Positions 18,990 to 30,149 of a stretch of DNA of 64,000 nt are shown piece after piece. The notes beneath the pieces are model-generated. The model was not told the origin of the DNA, did not search any database, and saw only the letters and a program-made list of their open reading frames with translations. The stretch is from contig CBDCGL010000011.1 of assembly GCA_965216755.1 (NCBI GenBank), positions 128,001 through 192,000 on the forward strand, given 5' to 3'. Each line of letters begins with the position of its first letter. Position 1 is the first letter of the stretch. This stretch comes from Alphaproteobacteria bacterium. GTDB taxonomy: Bacteria; Pseudomonadota; Alphaproteobacteria; UBA7887. A program made the translations under genes and the position numbers.

Positions 18990-20339
18990 TCAGCCCCGCA
19001 GGTACCCCTCTAGCTCATTCTCAGCCCATAAGATCGCATCATCGAAGCTTTCGCCGCCTTGTGTCACCTGCGCAACGAAATTGGGAAACAGCGTTTGAGA
19101 CTGGATTGACGATGCGATATGGGGCGGCGCTGGATAGCCGGCGGCCATGAGCTGTTCGTCGCCGCGCAGCGGATAATTGTGCAATACGCCAACCGGTGGC
19201 TCAGCCACATCCCAGACGTCGTTGGTTTGATAGAACGATGGGATCAGTGGCATGTCAAATCCTTGTGATGCGCGCAGCATTTTATTCACCACATCCGGCT
19301 GATTGACATGCAGGAACAAGTCTTTGGCAGCGCCGATGTTGCTCGAGAAGTTCCACACGCCCCAAAAGAATGGCGACGTGGCACGGAAACGCCCATTTGG
19401 GCCGCGCGGCACATCGTGATGCCAGATATGCTTGGCGACATCCGGATTGTCTCGTTTGGCCACAGCCCAGGCGCTCGGTGGATTGAATATCGTCGAACCC
19501 TGTCCAGAGATGATCCAGCGATTGTTGCCAGCGTCGTCCCAGGCATAAACGCCGTTTGGCATGAATTGGGCAATCCGCGACACATACTCCAGCGCCGCTC
19601 GCGTTTCGTCTGAGTCGACCGCGATATCTCCGTTTTCGTCAACCATGACGGCACCGAAAGCCGCGAACAGAGCCGAAAGCCATTGTGAGGCATCGGGGAC
19701 TGGTGCGATAGCAGCTCCAAAAGGATGGCCGGCGGCGTGGAGCTTCTCAGCCGCGGCCAGGAAGGTATCGTAGGTCCAACCATCGACGAGCTCGGGGTTT
19801 CTTTCACCGCCGATCGGAAACATGGCCTTCAAGTCGATGCCCGCATGCTCTGCAAACAAATCGACGCGCGACACTTGTGCGTAGGACAGCGTTCCAGTAG
19901 GTGCCGGAACGGCCAGCCAGGTATCGTCGATCCGCGTCAGATGGTCGGCGACGGGGGCGATTTCACCATGTTGGGCGACAATCTCGCCCACGACGTCGTC
20001 CACCGGTGCCAACGAGTCCCGAAAAATCGAGCACATCCAAAGCGGTACCGAATAAACATCATGCCCCGACTTGGCCCGCGATTCGGCCTGCGCCGTTAAC
20101 AACAGCTTATTCCCGATGGACGTTATAAAATCGACGGTTACTTCAACGTTGTTGGCGTCTCCCCAAGCGAGGCAAACTTCCTTCATCACGTCATTTGCGC
20201 CAGGCACCCAATGGTCCCATAGCCCGAGACTAAGGGTTCCTGCCGAGCGCGCTGATTTGACGTAAGGTGCCGCGGCAATTGCCCCGCCGGCGGCCGCGGT
20301 CTTGATGAAGCGCCGCCGCGTCAGCCCAGACGAAAACAT
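18990..20339 (-). CDS. Tat-exported ABC solute-binding protein
   Basis: GGAGG RBS; twin-arginine signal LTRRRFIK; first gene of the CUT1 operon. Confidence 0.9.
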   Translation of the reverse strand: MFSSGLTRRRFIKTAAAGGAIAAAPYVKSARSAGTLSLGLWDHWVPGANDVMKEVCLAWGDANNVEVTVDFITSIGNKLLLTAQAESRAKSGHDVYSVPLWMCSIFRDSLAPVDDVVGEIVAQHGEIAPVADHLTRIDDTWLAVPAPTGTLSYAQVSRVDLFAEHAGIDLKAMFPIGGERNPELVDGWTYDTFLAAAEKLHAAGHPFGAAIAPVPDASQWLSALFAAFGAVMVDENGDIAVDSDETRAALEYVSRIAQFMPNGVYAWDDAGNNRWIISGQGSTIFNPPSAWAVAKRDNPDVAKHIWHHDVPRGPNGRFRATSPFFWGVWNFSSNIGAAKDLFLHVNQPDVVNKMLRASQGFDMPLIPSFYQTNDVWDVAEPPVGVLHNYPLRGDEQLMAAGYPAPPHIASSIQSQTLFPNFVAQVTQGGESFDDAILWAENELEGYLRG

Positions 20340-21153
20340 GGCGTTCCTCCACTTCCGGCGCACTAATCCCTGACAACGTCTTTCTTGTCGCGAGTTTCCG
20401 GCGGAGCCGCGAAGTACGCATTTGCATTGTCGCCAGTGTCGAGACTGCACACCACCTAAGCATCTTAGCGCCGACTTTCACGGCTGTCTTACTTTTCGTT
20501 TTCTTGGCCTTCAGCCTACGGCAAAGTCGGTTGGGTTCGAGATGTAGGGAAAGCGAACCTGACTTGCGTCTGGCAAACACCAGTGCCTTTGTGTCCGATC
20601 TCGTCGCCGCCCATATGGTCTTGTTGCGGCCAAACTCCAGGGTGAACGAGGCGCAAACAAGGCCCCGCAGCAGTTCGATTCGAGGTGTGGCGCTGATCGG
20701 CTGCCGATACCTCGAATTGGCCCAGGTGACCGCGTCGGCGCTCTATCCAAGGGCCGAATTGCTTTTCGCCGCCGCGGACATATCAGATCTTTGCCGAATG
20801 CAGCCGAGAAACGGGTGCCCCACGGCAACGCATGTAACGGAAGTGCGCATCGTTAACCGCTATGGCAACGCTTAGGAAAGCAACGGCGCAACGACTGACG
20901 GTTCACTTGGTCCATCAGGCCGGTCAATCGCAACAGCGAACAGCGTTTTTTGGGATATGTCTCAAATTGGGATCCATGGGCCGGCGACAGTGGCCATTGT
21001 CCAATTTCGAGTCGGGGGGGCTGTCACGTGCGCGATGATCGTGCAACAACCGCAGGCTCCCCATGAAAAGAACGGTGATCACGGCGCAAGTCCGGTGATG
21101 TATGGTCGGAATACGGGAACTTGCGGCAACGTGCGATCAGTGAGGGAAAGCGC

Positions 21154-21807
21154 ATGTCAATGAATTCGTCCAAAACAGTTGAGTTCTATTTCGATTGTGG
21201 CAGTCCGACCGCATACCTGGCCTTTACACAGTTGCCCGGGATCGCTGCGCGAACCGGCGCAACGATTGTCTACCAGCCGATGTTGCTTGGTGCTGTATTC
21301 AAAGCCACGGGCAACAACACGCCGGCAGCGGTGCCGGCCAAAGGTGCTTATATGGGACGCGACATCGCGCGTTGCGCGCGCCGGTTTGGCGTGCCTTACG
21401 CGTCAAATCCCCATTTTCCAGTCAACACTTTGAACGCCATGCGGGGGGCGGTCGCCGCTCAACACGATGGCACGCTCGAACCCTATCTATCAGCGGTATT
21501 TGAAGCTTTATGGGTCGATGGCAAAGATACTTCCGAACTCGAAACGTTTTGTGCGGTTCTTCGGCAGGCCCGCTTGGAACCCGAGCGTTTCGGACAGCGC
21601 ATGCAGGATCAGGCTATCAAAGACAAGCTGCGTGCCGACACCGAGGCGGCCGTTGCCCGTGGCGTGTTCGGTGCGCCGACGTTTTTCGTCGGCGACGAGA
21701 TGTTCTTTGGTCAAGATCGTCTCGATTTTGTCGAGGCGATGTTGGCGGCGGCGCCGGCCATTCCGGAGTGGGCAGATGTCTCCAGCGTGGCGTTGGATGT
21801 AACATAG
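21154..21807 (+). CDS. 2-hydroxychromene-2-carboxylate isomerase / DsbA-like (GST kappa) protein
   Basis: FYFDCGSPTAYLA, FPVNT, GVFGAPTFFV, FFGQDRL. Confidence 0.9.
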   Translation: MSMNSSKTVEFYFDCGSPTAYLAFTQLPGIAARTGATIVYQPMLLGAVFKATGNNTPAAVPAKGAYMGRDIARCARRFGVPYASNPHFPVNTLNAMRGAVAAQHDGTLEPYLSAVFEALWVDGKDTSELETFCAVLRQARLEPERFGQRMQDQAIKDKLRADTEAAVARGVFGAPTFFVGDEMFFGQDRLDFVEAMLAAAPAIPEWADVSSVALDVT

Positions 21808-21990
21808 AGAATGGCAACACAGCTTCTGGCTGCCGCCTCGGACGCGCTCTGGCGCGACGAACAACGAATGCAGTCGTGCCGAGCCTGAATTGATGCGCAC
21901 GAAATGCGAACGTATCGAGCGTTCCTTGTCCGACAAGACATTGCCGAACATATGATCGCGCGTATCGCCCGAGTGCATGCCACCGACCGA

Positions 21991-22095
21991 AAATCAATCT
22001 TCGCTCAAACGGCGTCGTTTGAACGAAGTTAAATTGATCGTTATCAAGTAGATAGAGCGCTTTACGCGAACGTATGTGAGCGTCAAACGTTCTAG
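21991..22095 (-). repeat. CTAG-bounded palindromic element, copy 2 (inverted)
   Basis: Reverse complement reads CTAGAACGTTTGACGCTCACATACGTTCGC..CTCTATCT..GATCAATTTAACTTCGTTCAAACGACGCCGTTTGAGCGAAGATTGAT, matching copy 1. Confidence 0.85.
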
Positions 22096-22234
22096 AATTC
22101 CAAACCACGGTTCGAGGATCGAAACGCCAGCCTTGCGGTTCGACCGTAAATCAAGAATTCATGCTGAATTGCGCAGATCTGGGCGCGCCGGCGGCTTTGG
22201 CAAAACCGGTGTCCAAGACCGTTACGGCGCGGCC

Positions 22235-23014
22235 TCAGGTCCGGTCGTTTTGCGCCAGCGTCATGGGTTGACGGACCAGCGGGAGCGGGTCCCGGCGTAC
22301 ACCATTTGTTTCAAGGCTAAAGTCGAGATGCGGGCCGGTGGATCGGCCGCTACTGCCAATTTTGCCAACAATATCGCCGCGCGCGACATTTTGGCCGGTC
22401 CGGACCGTTGTTGCTGACAAATGGCCATAGGTGGCCATGGTACCGTCGTTCATCGTCAGCATGACATATCGGCCCAAACGCGGATGGAATCCGACCGCGT
22501 GAATTCGACCTGCGTCGGTGGCGATGACTGGCGTGCCAAGTGGCGCGGCTATGTCTATGGCGGCGTGAAACGCCCGTCGACCGGTAAATGGATCGTCACG
22601 CCAGCCAAAATGCGAGGTCAACCGACTTGGCGCGGCCACGTCGACCGGCCACTCATACCGTGCGGTTGGGTCGGGCCAGTTTGGTGTTGGCGGCGTCTTC
22701 TGGTTGGCGCCGGGCGGCGCCGGGCGGTGCGCAGTCCGATCGATCGGTCGTGGTGTCGGCGTCCTCAAGCGTGCCAAATCGGATCGGACAGTATAGCGGA
22801 GCGGGCTGGCGCCGACGGCGGAGCCCGGTAAGATCTTCCCAACCAGCACCTTGTTTTGCCCGCGTATGGGAAAGAATTTCTGCGCCGACGGTCGTTGGAT
22901 CGTCATGAACCGTTCGCCACCCATCGCGGGCCAGCTCGCCGAAATTAATATTAATAATATCAACAGTTTACATGGTATATCTGGGTGTAATCTGCGCATC
23001 CGAAAGTCCGTCAT
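22235..23014 (-). CDS. M23-family metallopeptidase
   Basis: SHFGWRDDPF, HAAIDIAAP, YGHL, GRSTGPHLDF; signal/TM segment. Confidence 0.9.
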   Translation of the reverse strand: MTDFRMRRLHPDIPCKLLILLILISASWPAMGGERFMTIQRPSAQKFFPIRGQNKVLVGKILPGSAVGASPLRYTVRSDLARLRTPTPRPIDRTAHRPAPPGANQKTPPTPNWPDPTARYEWPVDVAAPSRLTSHFGWRDDPFTGRRAFHAAIDIAAPLGTPVIATDAGRIHAVGFHPRLGRYVMLTMNDGTMATYGHLSATTVRTGQNVARGDIVGKIGSSGRSTGPHLDFSLETNGVRRDPLPLVRQPMTLAQNDRT

Positions 23015-23412
23015 CGAAACCCCCGAGTTGTGCTCGACCCCGATTGCTGGGGGCGACCATAGTCGTCAGACGCACGATCCGTGCCATGTCTGGGCCGGAT
23101 TGCTGGTCCGTGCATCTGAGGTATCCCGGCCGCACCCAACCTGTCGCACGTCGGCGTTTCAGGCCGGATAGTTTCGTTATTAGATGTTTGGGGAGCAGTG
23201 TCTATGCTGACGGTCACACACTACCGCAGGCCCCCGCGCCAACAATAAAGTTCGCGGGGGTTAGGTCATCGATGCCATTCTCGCCTAACAGACCTAATCA
23301 AGGGTTTCCAAAAAATTCCGTGCGTATTTGCCGAAAAATGAACGGCAATACTTTGAGTGCGAAACGACGTTTGACGTTTTCAACTATCTGATGGCAAAGA
23401 CCGCAGTTCGTC

Positions 23413-23865
23413 TTAACGGGCGCGACGGCCGCCACGGCGACCAGCCGTGCTTCGTTTTCGCCCAAGGCCGATCTTCTTGGCAAACTCAGACCGCTGGGCT
23501 GCGTAGTTTGGCGCCACCATGGGATAGTCCGGTGGAAGACCCCATTTCGCGCGATATTCCTCAGGTGTCATGTTGTACGTCGTGCGCAAATGACGTTTAA
23601 GCATCTTGAGTTTCTTGCCGTCTTCGAGGCAAACAATGTGATCTGGCATCACTGACTTGCGCACGGGAACCGCAGGTTTTGGCGCCTCTTCTGCCGCGTT
23701 ACCACGCGGGCCCTCCATTTCGGTAAGCGACTTAAAGACCGTTTGTATCAATTCCGGAATTTGTGCCGAAGGCAAGGCATTGTGGCTAACGTAAGCTGAC
23801 ACAATTTCGGCAGCCATACGAAGAACACTCTCAGGGGGCGTTGTATTTCTGTTTTCTTCCGACAT
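23413..23865 (-). CDS. mucR: MucR/Ros-family transcriptional regulator
   Basis: AEIVSAYVSHN, PAVPVRKSV, CLEDGKKLKMLKRHL, YPMVAPNYA. Confidence 0.95.
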   Translation of the reverse strand: MSEENRNTTPPESVLRMAAEIVSAYVSHNALPSAQIPELIQTVFKSLTEMEGPRGNAAEEAPKPAVPVRKSVMPDHIVCLEDGKKLKMLKRHLRTTYNMTPEEYRAKWGLPPDYPMVAPNYAAQRSEFAKKIGLGRKRSTAGRRGGRRAR

Positions 23866-24436
23866 TCCTCTTAGCCTATTTTTCCAAAACTGGCAGCGTA
23901 GTGAATTTAGTCGCATCTTGTTCCATATCTGTCAATAAAATTGACTGAGTCTGGACTAACATACTGGGATATTGATCAATGAACGCCCGGTAGATTATCA
24001 GAACTTGTGTCTGAAGAGGCAGTCTTGTCACGATTATTTGGCGAGAACAGACAATTATAATCGCCTCTAGTTAATACTTGTCCGAACAAACCAAAAAGCG
24101 GTCCAAGCTCAATTGTCTGAGGTTTGCATGCCATCCGTTTTGCCGGGCGCATGTCATGGTTTCGCGTGTGAAACATATTAATATCCGTCGCGAACCTCTC
24201 AATTTGGCTGTGGCCATGCTGGCTGTTCTCACCAACATATGGTAGTACGTCGCGTCGAAGGTGGTATCCGTAGTCTGTTGAGTTACGTCAATCAGCTCGG
24301 GCTTCGCCGTTGTGTCTCTTAAACTGCGTAGCGCCCGCCGTCATAAGCTGTGCACGCGCACCGGAGCTTCAGTCTTAAACCGGGGAGATGGAGCGCCGCA
24401 ACGGGATGTCTGGTTCGATGTATCGGGCGCACTGTC

Positions 24437-24895
24437 ATGACAAGCGCAACTGAAGGCTGCGACGTGATTGCGATTGCGTCGGATCATGCTGGTTTTGGTC
24501 TTAAAGCCGTCATCATTGGTGATCTTGAGGCCGCCGGCCACACCGTGCTTGATCTCGGAACATACAATGAGAGCTCGGTTGACTATCCCGACTATGGGGA
24601 AGCGCTCGCCGAAGCGATTGCGAACGGGCGTGCAGGTCGTGGCGTACTAATCTGTGGAACCGGAATTGGCATCAGTATTGCTGCAAACCGTCATCCTGTG
24701 GTTCGCGCGGCGGTCTGTCATAATGTGGAAACGGCACGGCTCAGTCGCGCCCACAATGATGCTAATGTGTTGGCATTGGGGGCGCGCGTTTTAGATGAGG
24801 CGACCGCCAGAAGCTGCGTGCGCGCTTTCTTGGAAACACCTTTTGATGACGCCGGCCGTCACGCACGCCGTGTTGCGAAACTTGGCTCTGTCTAG
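24437..24895 (+). CDS. rpiB: Ribose-5-phosphate isomerase B
   Basis: ASDHAG, SVDYPD, CGTGIG, HNDAN, GRHARRV. Confidence 0.95.
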   Translation: MTSATEGCDVIAIASDHAGFGLKAVIIGDLEAAGHTVLDLGTYNESSVDYPDYGEALAEAIANGRAGRGVLICGTGIGISIAANRHPVVRAAVCHNVETARLSRAHNDANVLALGARVLDEATARSCVRAFLETPFDDAGRHARRVAKLGSV

Positions 24896-24968
24896 ACCAT
24901 CGGGCCGGGCGACCCTCGAACAGTTAAGCCGTCAGGGATCTATGTTCAACTCCAATCGTTGGTAGGCA

Positions 24969-26276
24969 ATGGACGCAACAAACGTGAAGAATTCGCTGGC
25001 CCTCGGCGTGTTCGCCAATCAAGACCCCGAGGTCTTTGGGGCTGTATCGCGCGAACTGTTTCGGCAGCAAAATCAAATCGAATTGATCGCCTCCGAGAAC
25101 TTCGTTAGTGAGGCAGTGTTGGCCGCGCAAGGGTCAGTGCTGACCAACAAATATGCTGAGGGGTATCCCGGTCGGCGATACTATGGTGGCTGTGAATTCG
25201 TCGATGTCGCGGAGCAGTCGGCGATTGAGCGGGCTTGTTCGCTTTTTGAATGCTCATTTGCCAATGTTCAGCCGCATTCGGGAAGCCAGGCCAATCAAGG
25301 CGTGATGCTGGCCTTGGTGCGGCCGGGGGACACTGTTATGGGGATGTCTCTGGCCGCGGGCGGGCATCTCACGCACGGTGCCAAACCAAACTTGTCCGGC
25401 AAATGGTTCGACAGTGTCCAGTATGGCGTACGCGAAACAGATGGTCTGATCGATTTCGACGAAATCGCGCAGTTGGCCGACGAACATAATCCAAAACTGA
25501 TTATTGCGGGCGGATCGGCATATGCGCGCGTGATCGATTTTGCGCGATTTCGCGAAATCGCGGATTCGGTGGGTGCATATTTAATGGTTGATATGGCCCA
25601 TTTCGCCGGTTTGGTTGCTGGTAAGGCTCATCCAAGTCCATTTCCACATGCACATGTCGTCACGACGACCACGCACAAGACATTGCGCGGACCGCGAGGC
25701 GGGATGATCCTATGTGATGACGAAACGATCGCGAAGAAGATCAACTCGGCGATGTTCCCCGGTCTCCAGGGCGGCCCCTTGATGCACGTGATTGCCGCCA
25801 AGGCGGTGGCCTTGGGTGAAGCGCTGGCGCCGGAGTTCTGCGACTACGCGGGTGCTGTGGTCGAAAACGCCCGCGTTCTTGGCATGTCTCTTGTCGGACG
25901 TGGCCTTGATTTGGTATCGGGTGGCACGGATACGCACCTTCTCCTGGTCGATCTTCGTGCAAAGGGCTTAACGGGAAAAGTCGCGGAAATCGGATTGGAA
26001 CGCGCGGCGATCACATGCAACAAGAACGCCGTGCCGTTTGACCCAGAGAAGCCCACGGTAACGTCTGGCGTTCGGCTGGGAACGCCAGCAGGCACCACGC
26101 GCGGATTTTCTTCTGAGACTTTTGCAGAGATCGGCATGCTTATTGCGGAAGTGCTCGATGGCCTCGCCGACAAGGGGTTAGACGGCAACGATGCTGTGGA
26201 ACGGCGCGTTGCAACCCGAGTCAGGGAGATTTGCGATGCCCATCCGCTGTATGCCGCGTTGGCTGCAACAGATTAG
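24969..26276 (+). CDS. glyA: Serine hydroxymethyltransferase
   Basis: [34 protein letters not shown]. Confidence 0.98.
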   Translation: MDATNVKNSLALGVFANQDPEVFGAVSRELFRQQNQIELIASENFVSEAVLAAQGSVLTNKYAEGYPGRRYYGGCEFVDVAEQSAIERACSLFECSFANVQPHSGSQANQGVMLALVRPGDTVMGMSLAAGGHLTHGAKPNLSGKWFDSVQYGVRETDGLIDFDEIAQLADEHNPKLIIAGGSAYARVIDFARFREIADSVGAYLMVDMAHFAGLVAGKAHPSPFPHAHVVTTTTHKTLRGPRGGMILCDDETIAKKINSAMFPGLQGGPLMHVIAAKAVALGEALAPEFCDYAGAVVENARVLGMSLVGRGLDLVSGGTDTHLLLVDLRAKGLTGKVAEIGLERAAITCNKNAVPFDPEKPTVTSGVRLGTPAGTTRGFSSETFAEIGMLIAEVLDGLADKGLDGNDAVERRVATRVREICDAHPLYAALAATD

Positions 26277-26290
26277 AGGCACGGCGAAAC

Positions 26291-26752
26291 ATGCGATGTC
26301 CTTTTTGCGGCTTTGCGGATACTCAGGTAAAGGACTCACGTCCCACGGAAGACAACACCGCCATCCGTCGGCGCCGGTCGTGTCCAAAGTGTGGCTCGCG
26401 CTTCACGACGTTTGAGCGTGTGCAGCTCCGTGAACTGGTGGTTGTCAAGAGCGATGACAGCCGCGCGCCGTTCGATCGCGAGAAGCTCACGCGTTCCATC
26501 AGTATTGCGGTCCGGAAGCGGCCCGTAGATGCAGAACGAGTCGACCGCATGGTCAATGCCATCGTGCGGCGGCTCGAAAGTTCGGGTGAAAATGAAGTGA
26601 CGACGAAGTCGATCGGCGAAATGGTGATGGATTCGCTGGCGCAGGTTGACCAGGTCGCCTATGTACGATTTGCGTCGGTGTATCGCAATTTTCGCGAGGC
26701 CAAGGACTTTGAGGAATTTGTCGGGCAGCTGCAGGATTTTACGGACGATTAA
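26291..26752 (+). CDS. nrdR: Transcriptional repressor NrdR
   Basis: MRCPFC, VKDSR, IRRRRSC..C..RFTTFER, ATP-cone domain, [10 protein letters not shown]. Confidence 0.97.
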   Translation: MRCPFCGFADTQVKDSRPTEDNTAIRRRRSCPKCGSRFTTFERVQLRELVVVKSDDSRAPFDREKLTRSISIAVRKRPVDAERVDRMVNAIVRRLESSGENEVTTKSIGEMVMDSLAQVDQVAYVRFASVYRNFREAKDFEEFVGQLQDFTDD

Positions 26753-26818
26753 GTCGACAGAGAAATTGCAGCTTGTTTGCACGTATGGTGGCCCGTGGAC
26801 AAATCGGGCGTGTCCCTG

Positions 26819-27934
26819 ATGGCCACCGACACAGATACCCACTGCATGGAAATCGCGCTGCGCCTTGCAAGTCGTGGCCTTGGTGATGTGGGCGCAAATC
26901 CGGCCGTCGGTTGTGTCATCGTGCGTGATGGTGTGGTCGTCGGGCGGGGGTGGACTGGGACCGGTGGCCGACCGCACGCCGAAACAGAGGCGCTGGCGCG
27001 CGCTGGAGAAGCGGCGCGGGGAGGAACCGCCTACGTATCCCTGGAACCGTGTGCCCATCATGGCGCGACACCACCATGCGCGGATGCATTGATTGAAGCG
27101 GGCGTGATCCGGTGTTTTGTGGCACTGCAGGATCCGGATCCTCGAACCGCGGGACGCGGCATTGCCAAATTGCGCGATGCTGGGATCGACGTTTCAGTTG
27201 GCGCGTGTGCGGCGCAAGCACGCGCGCTGAACGCGGGATTCTTGTCGCGTGTCATACGCCGCCGGCCATGGGTCGTGTTGAAATTGGCGTCGACCGTTGA
27301 TGGTGCTATCGCGACGCATGACGGAGAAAGTCAGTGGATTACGGGTCCGATCGCGCGGCAGAGGGCGCACCTAATGCGGGCGCGCACCGACGCTGTCATG
27401 ATTGGCATCGGCACAGCTATCAACGATCGACCGAAATTGACTTGCCGGCTGCCAGGATTGGAAGGGCGCTCGCCGGTGCGGATGGTCGTTGATGGTCGCC
27501 TGCAGCTGCCATTGACCAGCCAACTCGTCGAAACGGCGAGAGAGACAGAGACGTGGGTCATTTGCCTGGCCGGATGTGATCGTGCGCGCCGGGATGCGTT
27601 TCGATCGGCTGGGGTCGACGTGATCACCGTCGAGCCCGCGGCTGACGGTCGGCCCGATATGCGTCGCGGGCTGGTCGCGGTCGCAGAGAGGGGCATCAAC
27701 TGTGTAATGGTCGAGGGTGGCGCGAAGCTGTCGGCGACCCTGTTTCGGGATGGATTGATCGATGAACTGGCCTGGTTTCGAGCTGGATTGGTGGTCGGTG
27801 GCGACGGTATTCCCGGCGTTGGTGCGATGGGGTTGCAGGCGCTTGCGGATGCGCCCCGATTAGAGCGAGAAAGCATTGCGCTCATTGGCGAGGACGTGTT
27901 GGAGACGTACACTGTGGCCACGGGTGGCGATTAA
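26819..27934 (+). CDS. ribD: Riboflavin biosynthesis deaminase/reductase
   Basis: NPAVGCV, HAE, LEPCAH..TPPC, SQWITG, VEGG. Confidence 0.95.
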   Translation: MATDTDTHCMEIALRLASRGLGDVGANPAVGCVIVRDGVVVGRGWTGTGGRPHAETEALARAGEAARGGTAYVSLEPCAHHGATPPCADALIEAGVIRCFVALQDPDPRTAGRGIAKLRDAGIDVSVGACAAQARALNAGFLSRVIRRRPWVVLKLASTVDGAIATHDGESQWITGPIARQRAHLMRARTDAVMIGIGTAINDRPKLTCRLPGLEGRSPVRMVVDGRLQLPLTSQLVETARETETWVICLAGCDRARRDAFRSAGVDVITVEPAADGRPDMRRGLVAVAERGINCVMVEGGAKLSATLFRDGLIDELAWFRAGLVVGGDGIPGVGAMGLQALADAPRLERESIALIGEDVLETYTVATGGD

Positions 27935-27943
27935 GTATCGCCG

Positions 27944-28549
27944 ATGTTTACGGGCATAATCACGGATATTGGCACGGTTTGTTCCGTCACGGCGGACGGC
28001 GACACGCGCCTCGTGATTTCGACCAGCTACGCCACCGAGAGTGTGTCTATTGGTGCGTCCGTCGCATGTTCCGGTGCATGTCTGACCGTCGTTGAAAAAG
28101 GATCCGGTTGGCTGGCCTTCGACGTTTCTGCGGAGACCCTTGCTTGCACAATACTTGGCAGCTGGCGAGGCGGTTCATCTGTGAACCTGGAGAGAGCCCT
28201 GCGCGCTGGCGATGAACTCGGCGGCCATATTTTGACCGGTCACGTCGATGGGGTGATTAAGCTTCGTGATCGCCGGGCAGAGGGGGATTCCTTACGGCTT
28301 CAGTTTGAATTGGATCCTTGGCTGGCACCTTACGTTGTTAGCAAGGGCGCCATCGCTCTAGACGGCGTTTCGCTGACAATCAACGAAGCCACGGAATCGC
28401 ATTTTGGCGTGAACATCATACCTCACACCCAGAGAGCGACGACGTTGGGTGAAATCTCGCCGGGGGCGCGCGTCAATGTGGAAATCGATATACTGGCCCG
28501 ATATGTGGGCCGCGCGGTGAGCGCGCTGACGGTGCGCGAGGAGACGTGA
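27944..28549 (+). CDS. ribE: Riboflavin synthase
   Basis: MFTGII, GACLT, VNLERAL, GGHILTGHVDG. Confidence 0.97.
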   Translation: MFTGIITDIGTVCSVTADGDTRLVISTSYATESVSIGASVACSGACLTVVEKGSGWLAFDVSAETLACTILGSWRGGSSVNLERALRAGDELGGHILTGHVDGVIKLRDRRAEGDSLRLQFELDPWLAPYVVSKGAIALDGVSLTINEATESHFGVNIIPHTQRATTLGEISPGARVNVEIDILARYVGRAVSALTVREET

Positions 28550-29712
28550 GATTGCCGAAGCCAGACAAAGTTAATGTGGAAACGGGTGACCTGACCGGCG
28601 CTTTGTCGCCGATTGAAGAGATCATCGCTGATGCGCGCAGCGGCCGCATGTTTGTCTTGGTTGACGACGAAGATCGCGAGAATGAGGGTGATTTGATCAT
28701 TCCGGCGGAAAAGATCACGCCAGATGCGATCAATTTCATGGCCACGCACGGGCGCGGACTGATCTGCTTGGCGATGACGGCACAACGGGTGCGCGAGCTC
28801 GGCCTGAAGCCCATGGATCGTCGCTACGGTTCACGCTTTGACACAGCGTTCACCGTATCCATTGAAGCGCGCGAAGGTGTAACGACAGGTATTTCGGCGC
28901 ACGATCGTGCCCGGACGGTTCGGGTTGCGATCGATCCACAGTCAACCGCCGCTGATATTGCGACGCCTGGTCATATTTTTCCAATCGCGGCCCGCGATGG
29001 CGGCGTACTTTCGCGTGCGGGCCATACGGAAGCCGCCGTGGATATCGCGCGATTGGCTGGCCTGACGCCGGCGGGAGTCATATGCGAGATCCTCAATGAC
29101 GACGGGACGATGGCCCGACTGCCTGATTTGGTCGGATTCTGTGCCAAACATGGATTGAAAATCGCAACCATCGCCGACCTCATCGCCAGCCGGCGACGTA
29201 CCGAGCAAATCGTATCTCGGGTTGTCGAACATGCCTTCGATAGTCGGTATGGCGGTCAGTTTCGCATGATCGTCTATGCCAATTTGGCCGAGTATGCTGA
29301 GCACATCGCTTTGGTCAAAGGGGATTTGGAAGGCGACGAACCGGTCATTGTCCGCGTCCACGCTCTGGATGTAATGACCGATGTTTTGGGAGATCGTGAG
29401 GATGCCGGGTTGAGCGATTTGCACGCGGCAATGCAGGCTATTGGTGCGCATGGCCGCGGTGTCCTCGTACTCATTCGCGAGCCGCGCGAGACGACGTTGT
29501 CCGAGAGCGTCAGAATTCGGATGGGACATGTGGCTAAACCGCCAGCTTGGCGAGACTACGGCATCGGCGCCCAAATTCTGCGGGATTTGGGGGTCCGACG
29601 CATGATCCTGTTGTCGAATACGCCGCGGGCCTATCCGGGGTTGGACGGCTTTGGCCTCGAAATCGTCGGATATGAGCCGGTTTCTCACGATCTGGGTGGT
29701 GAGCGTGCATGA
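28546..29712 (+). CDS. ribB: 3,4-dihydroxy-2-butanone-4-phosphate synthase fused to a degenerate GTP-cyclohydrolase-II-like domain (RibBX type)
   Basis: DDEDRENEGDL, FTVSIEA, RAGHTEA; C-terminal domain lacks the Zn-binding Cys residues. Confidence 0.93.
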   Translation: MRLPKPDKVNVETGDLTGALSPIEEIIADARSGRMFVLVDDEDRENEGDLIIPAEKITPDAINFMATHGRGLICLAMTAQRVRELGLKPMDRRYGSRFDTAFTVSIEAREGVTTGISAHDRARTVRVAIDPQSTAADIATPGHIFPIAARDGGVLSRAGHTEAAVDIARLAGLTPAGVICEILNDDGTMARLPDLVGFCAKHGLKIATIADLIASRRRTEQIVSRVVEHAFDSRYGGQFRMIVYANLAEYAEHIALVKGDLEGDEPVIVRVHALDVMTDVLGDREDAGLSDLHAAMQAIGAHGRGVLVLIREPRETTLSESVRIRMGHVAKPPAWRDYGIGAQILRDLGVRRMILLSNTPRAYPGLDGFGLEIVGYEPVSHDLGGERA

Positions 29713-30149
29713 ACGGAAGCGTCCGTATCCTCATCGTCACGGCAACATTCTACGAGGACATTGCGACAGCCTTGGTGAACGGTGCGACCCAAGAGCTTTT
29801 GCAAGGCGGTGCGTTGCATGAGCTCGTCGAAGTTCCGGGCGCTTTCGAGATTCCGGCTGCAATAGCGTTCGCCGCCCAAACCAAGCGGTTTGACGGCTAC
29901 GTTGCCCTTGGATGCGTGATCCGTGGTGAAACGAGCCACTACGACTATGTCTGCGGGGAAAGTGCGCGCGGCCTGATGGATCTTGCGATCGGCAAGTGTT
30001 TGGCGATCGGCTATGGCATTTTGACGGTTGAAACGCACGATCAAGCTTGGCAACGCGCCGCGGTGGATCGGGGCAATAAGGGGGCTAGTGCCGCTGCCGC
30101 TTGTATGTCAATGGTCAAGCTCCGCCGTGAAGTCCTGGTCGGCGTGTGA
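29709..30149 (+). CDS. ribH: 6,7-dimethyl-8-ribityllumazine synthase
   Basis: VPGAFEIP, LGCVIRGETSHYDYV, NKG. Confidence 0.97.
   Translation: MNGSVRILIVTATFYEDIATALVNGATQELLQGGALHELVEVPGAFEIPAAIAFAAQTKRFDGYVALGCVIRGETSHYDYVCGESARGLMDLAIGKCLAIGYGILTVETHDQAWQRAAVDRGNKGASAAAACMSMVKLRREVLVGV

Noticed and set aside
18194-19150. 318-aa plus-strand ORF and similar long antisense ORFs (28942-29688, 49669-50490, 51842-52615, 57518-58285)
   Set aside because: They are shadows of well-supported genes on the opposite strand in GC-rich DNA, with no motifs
20450-21120. Short ORFs in long intergenic regions (also 4627-5070, 23920-24430, 60560-61060)
   Set aside because: No RBS, motif or protein-like composition; probably regulatory DNA
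22940-22990. AT-rich patch as a foreign insert or operator
   Set aside because: Explained by the Leu/Ile-rich signal segment of the M23 peptidase
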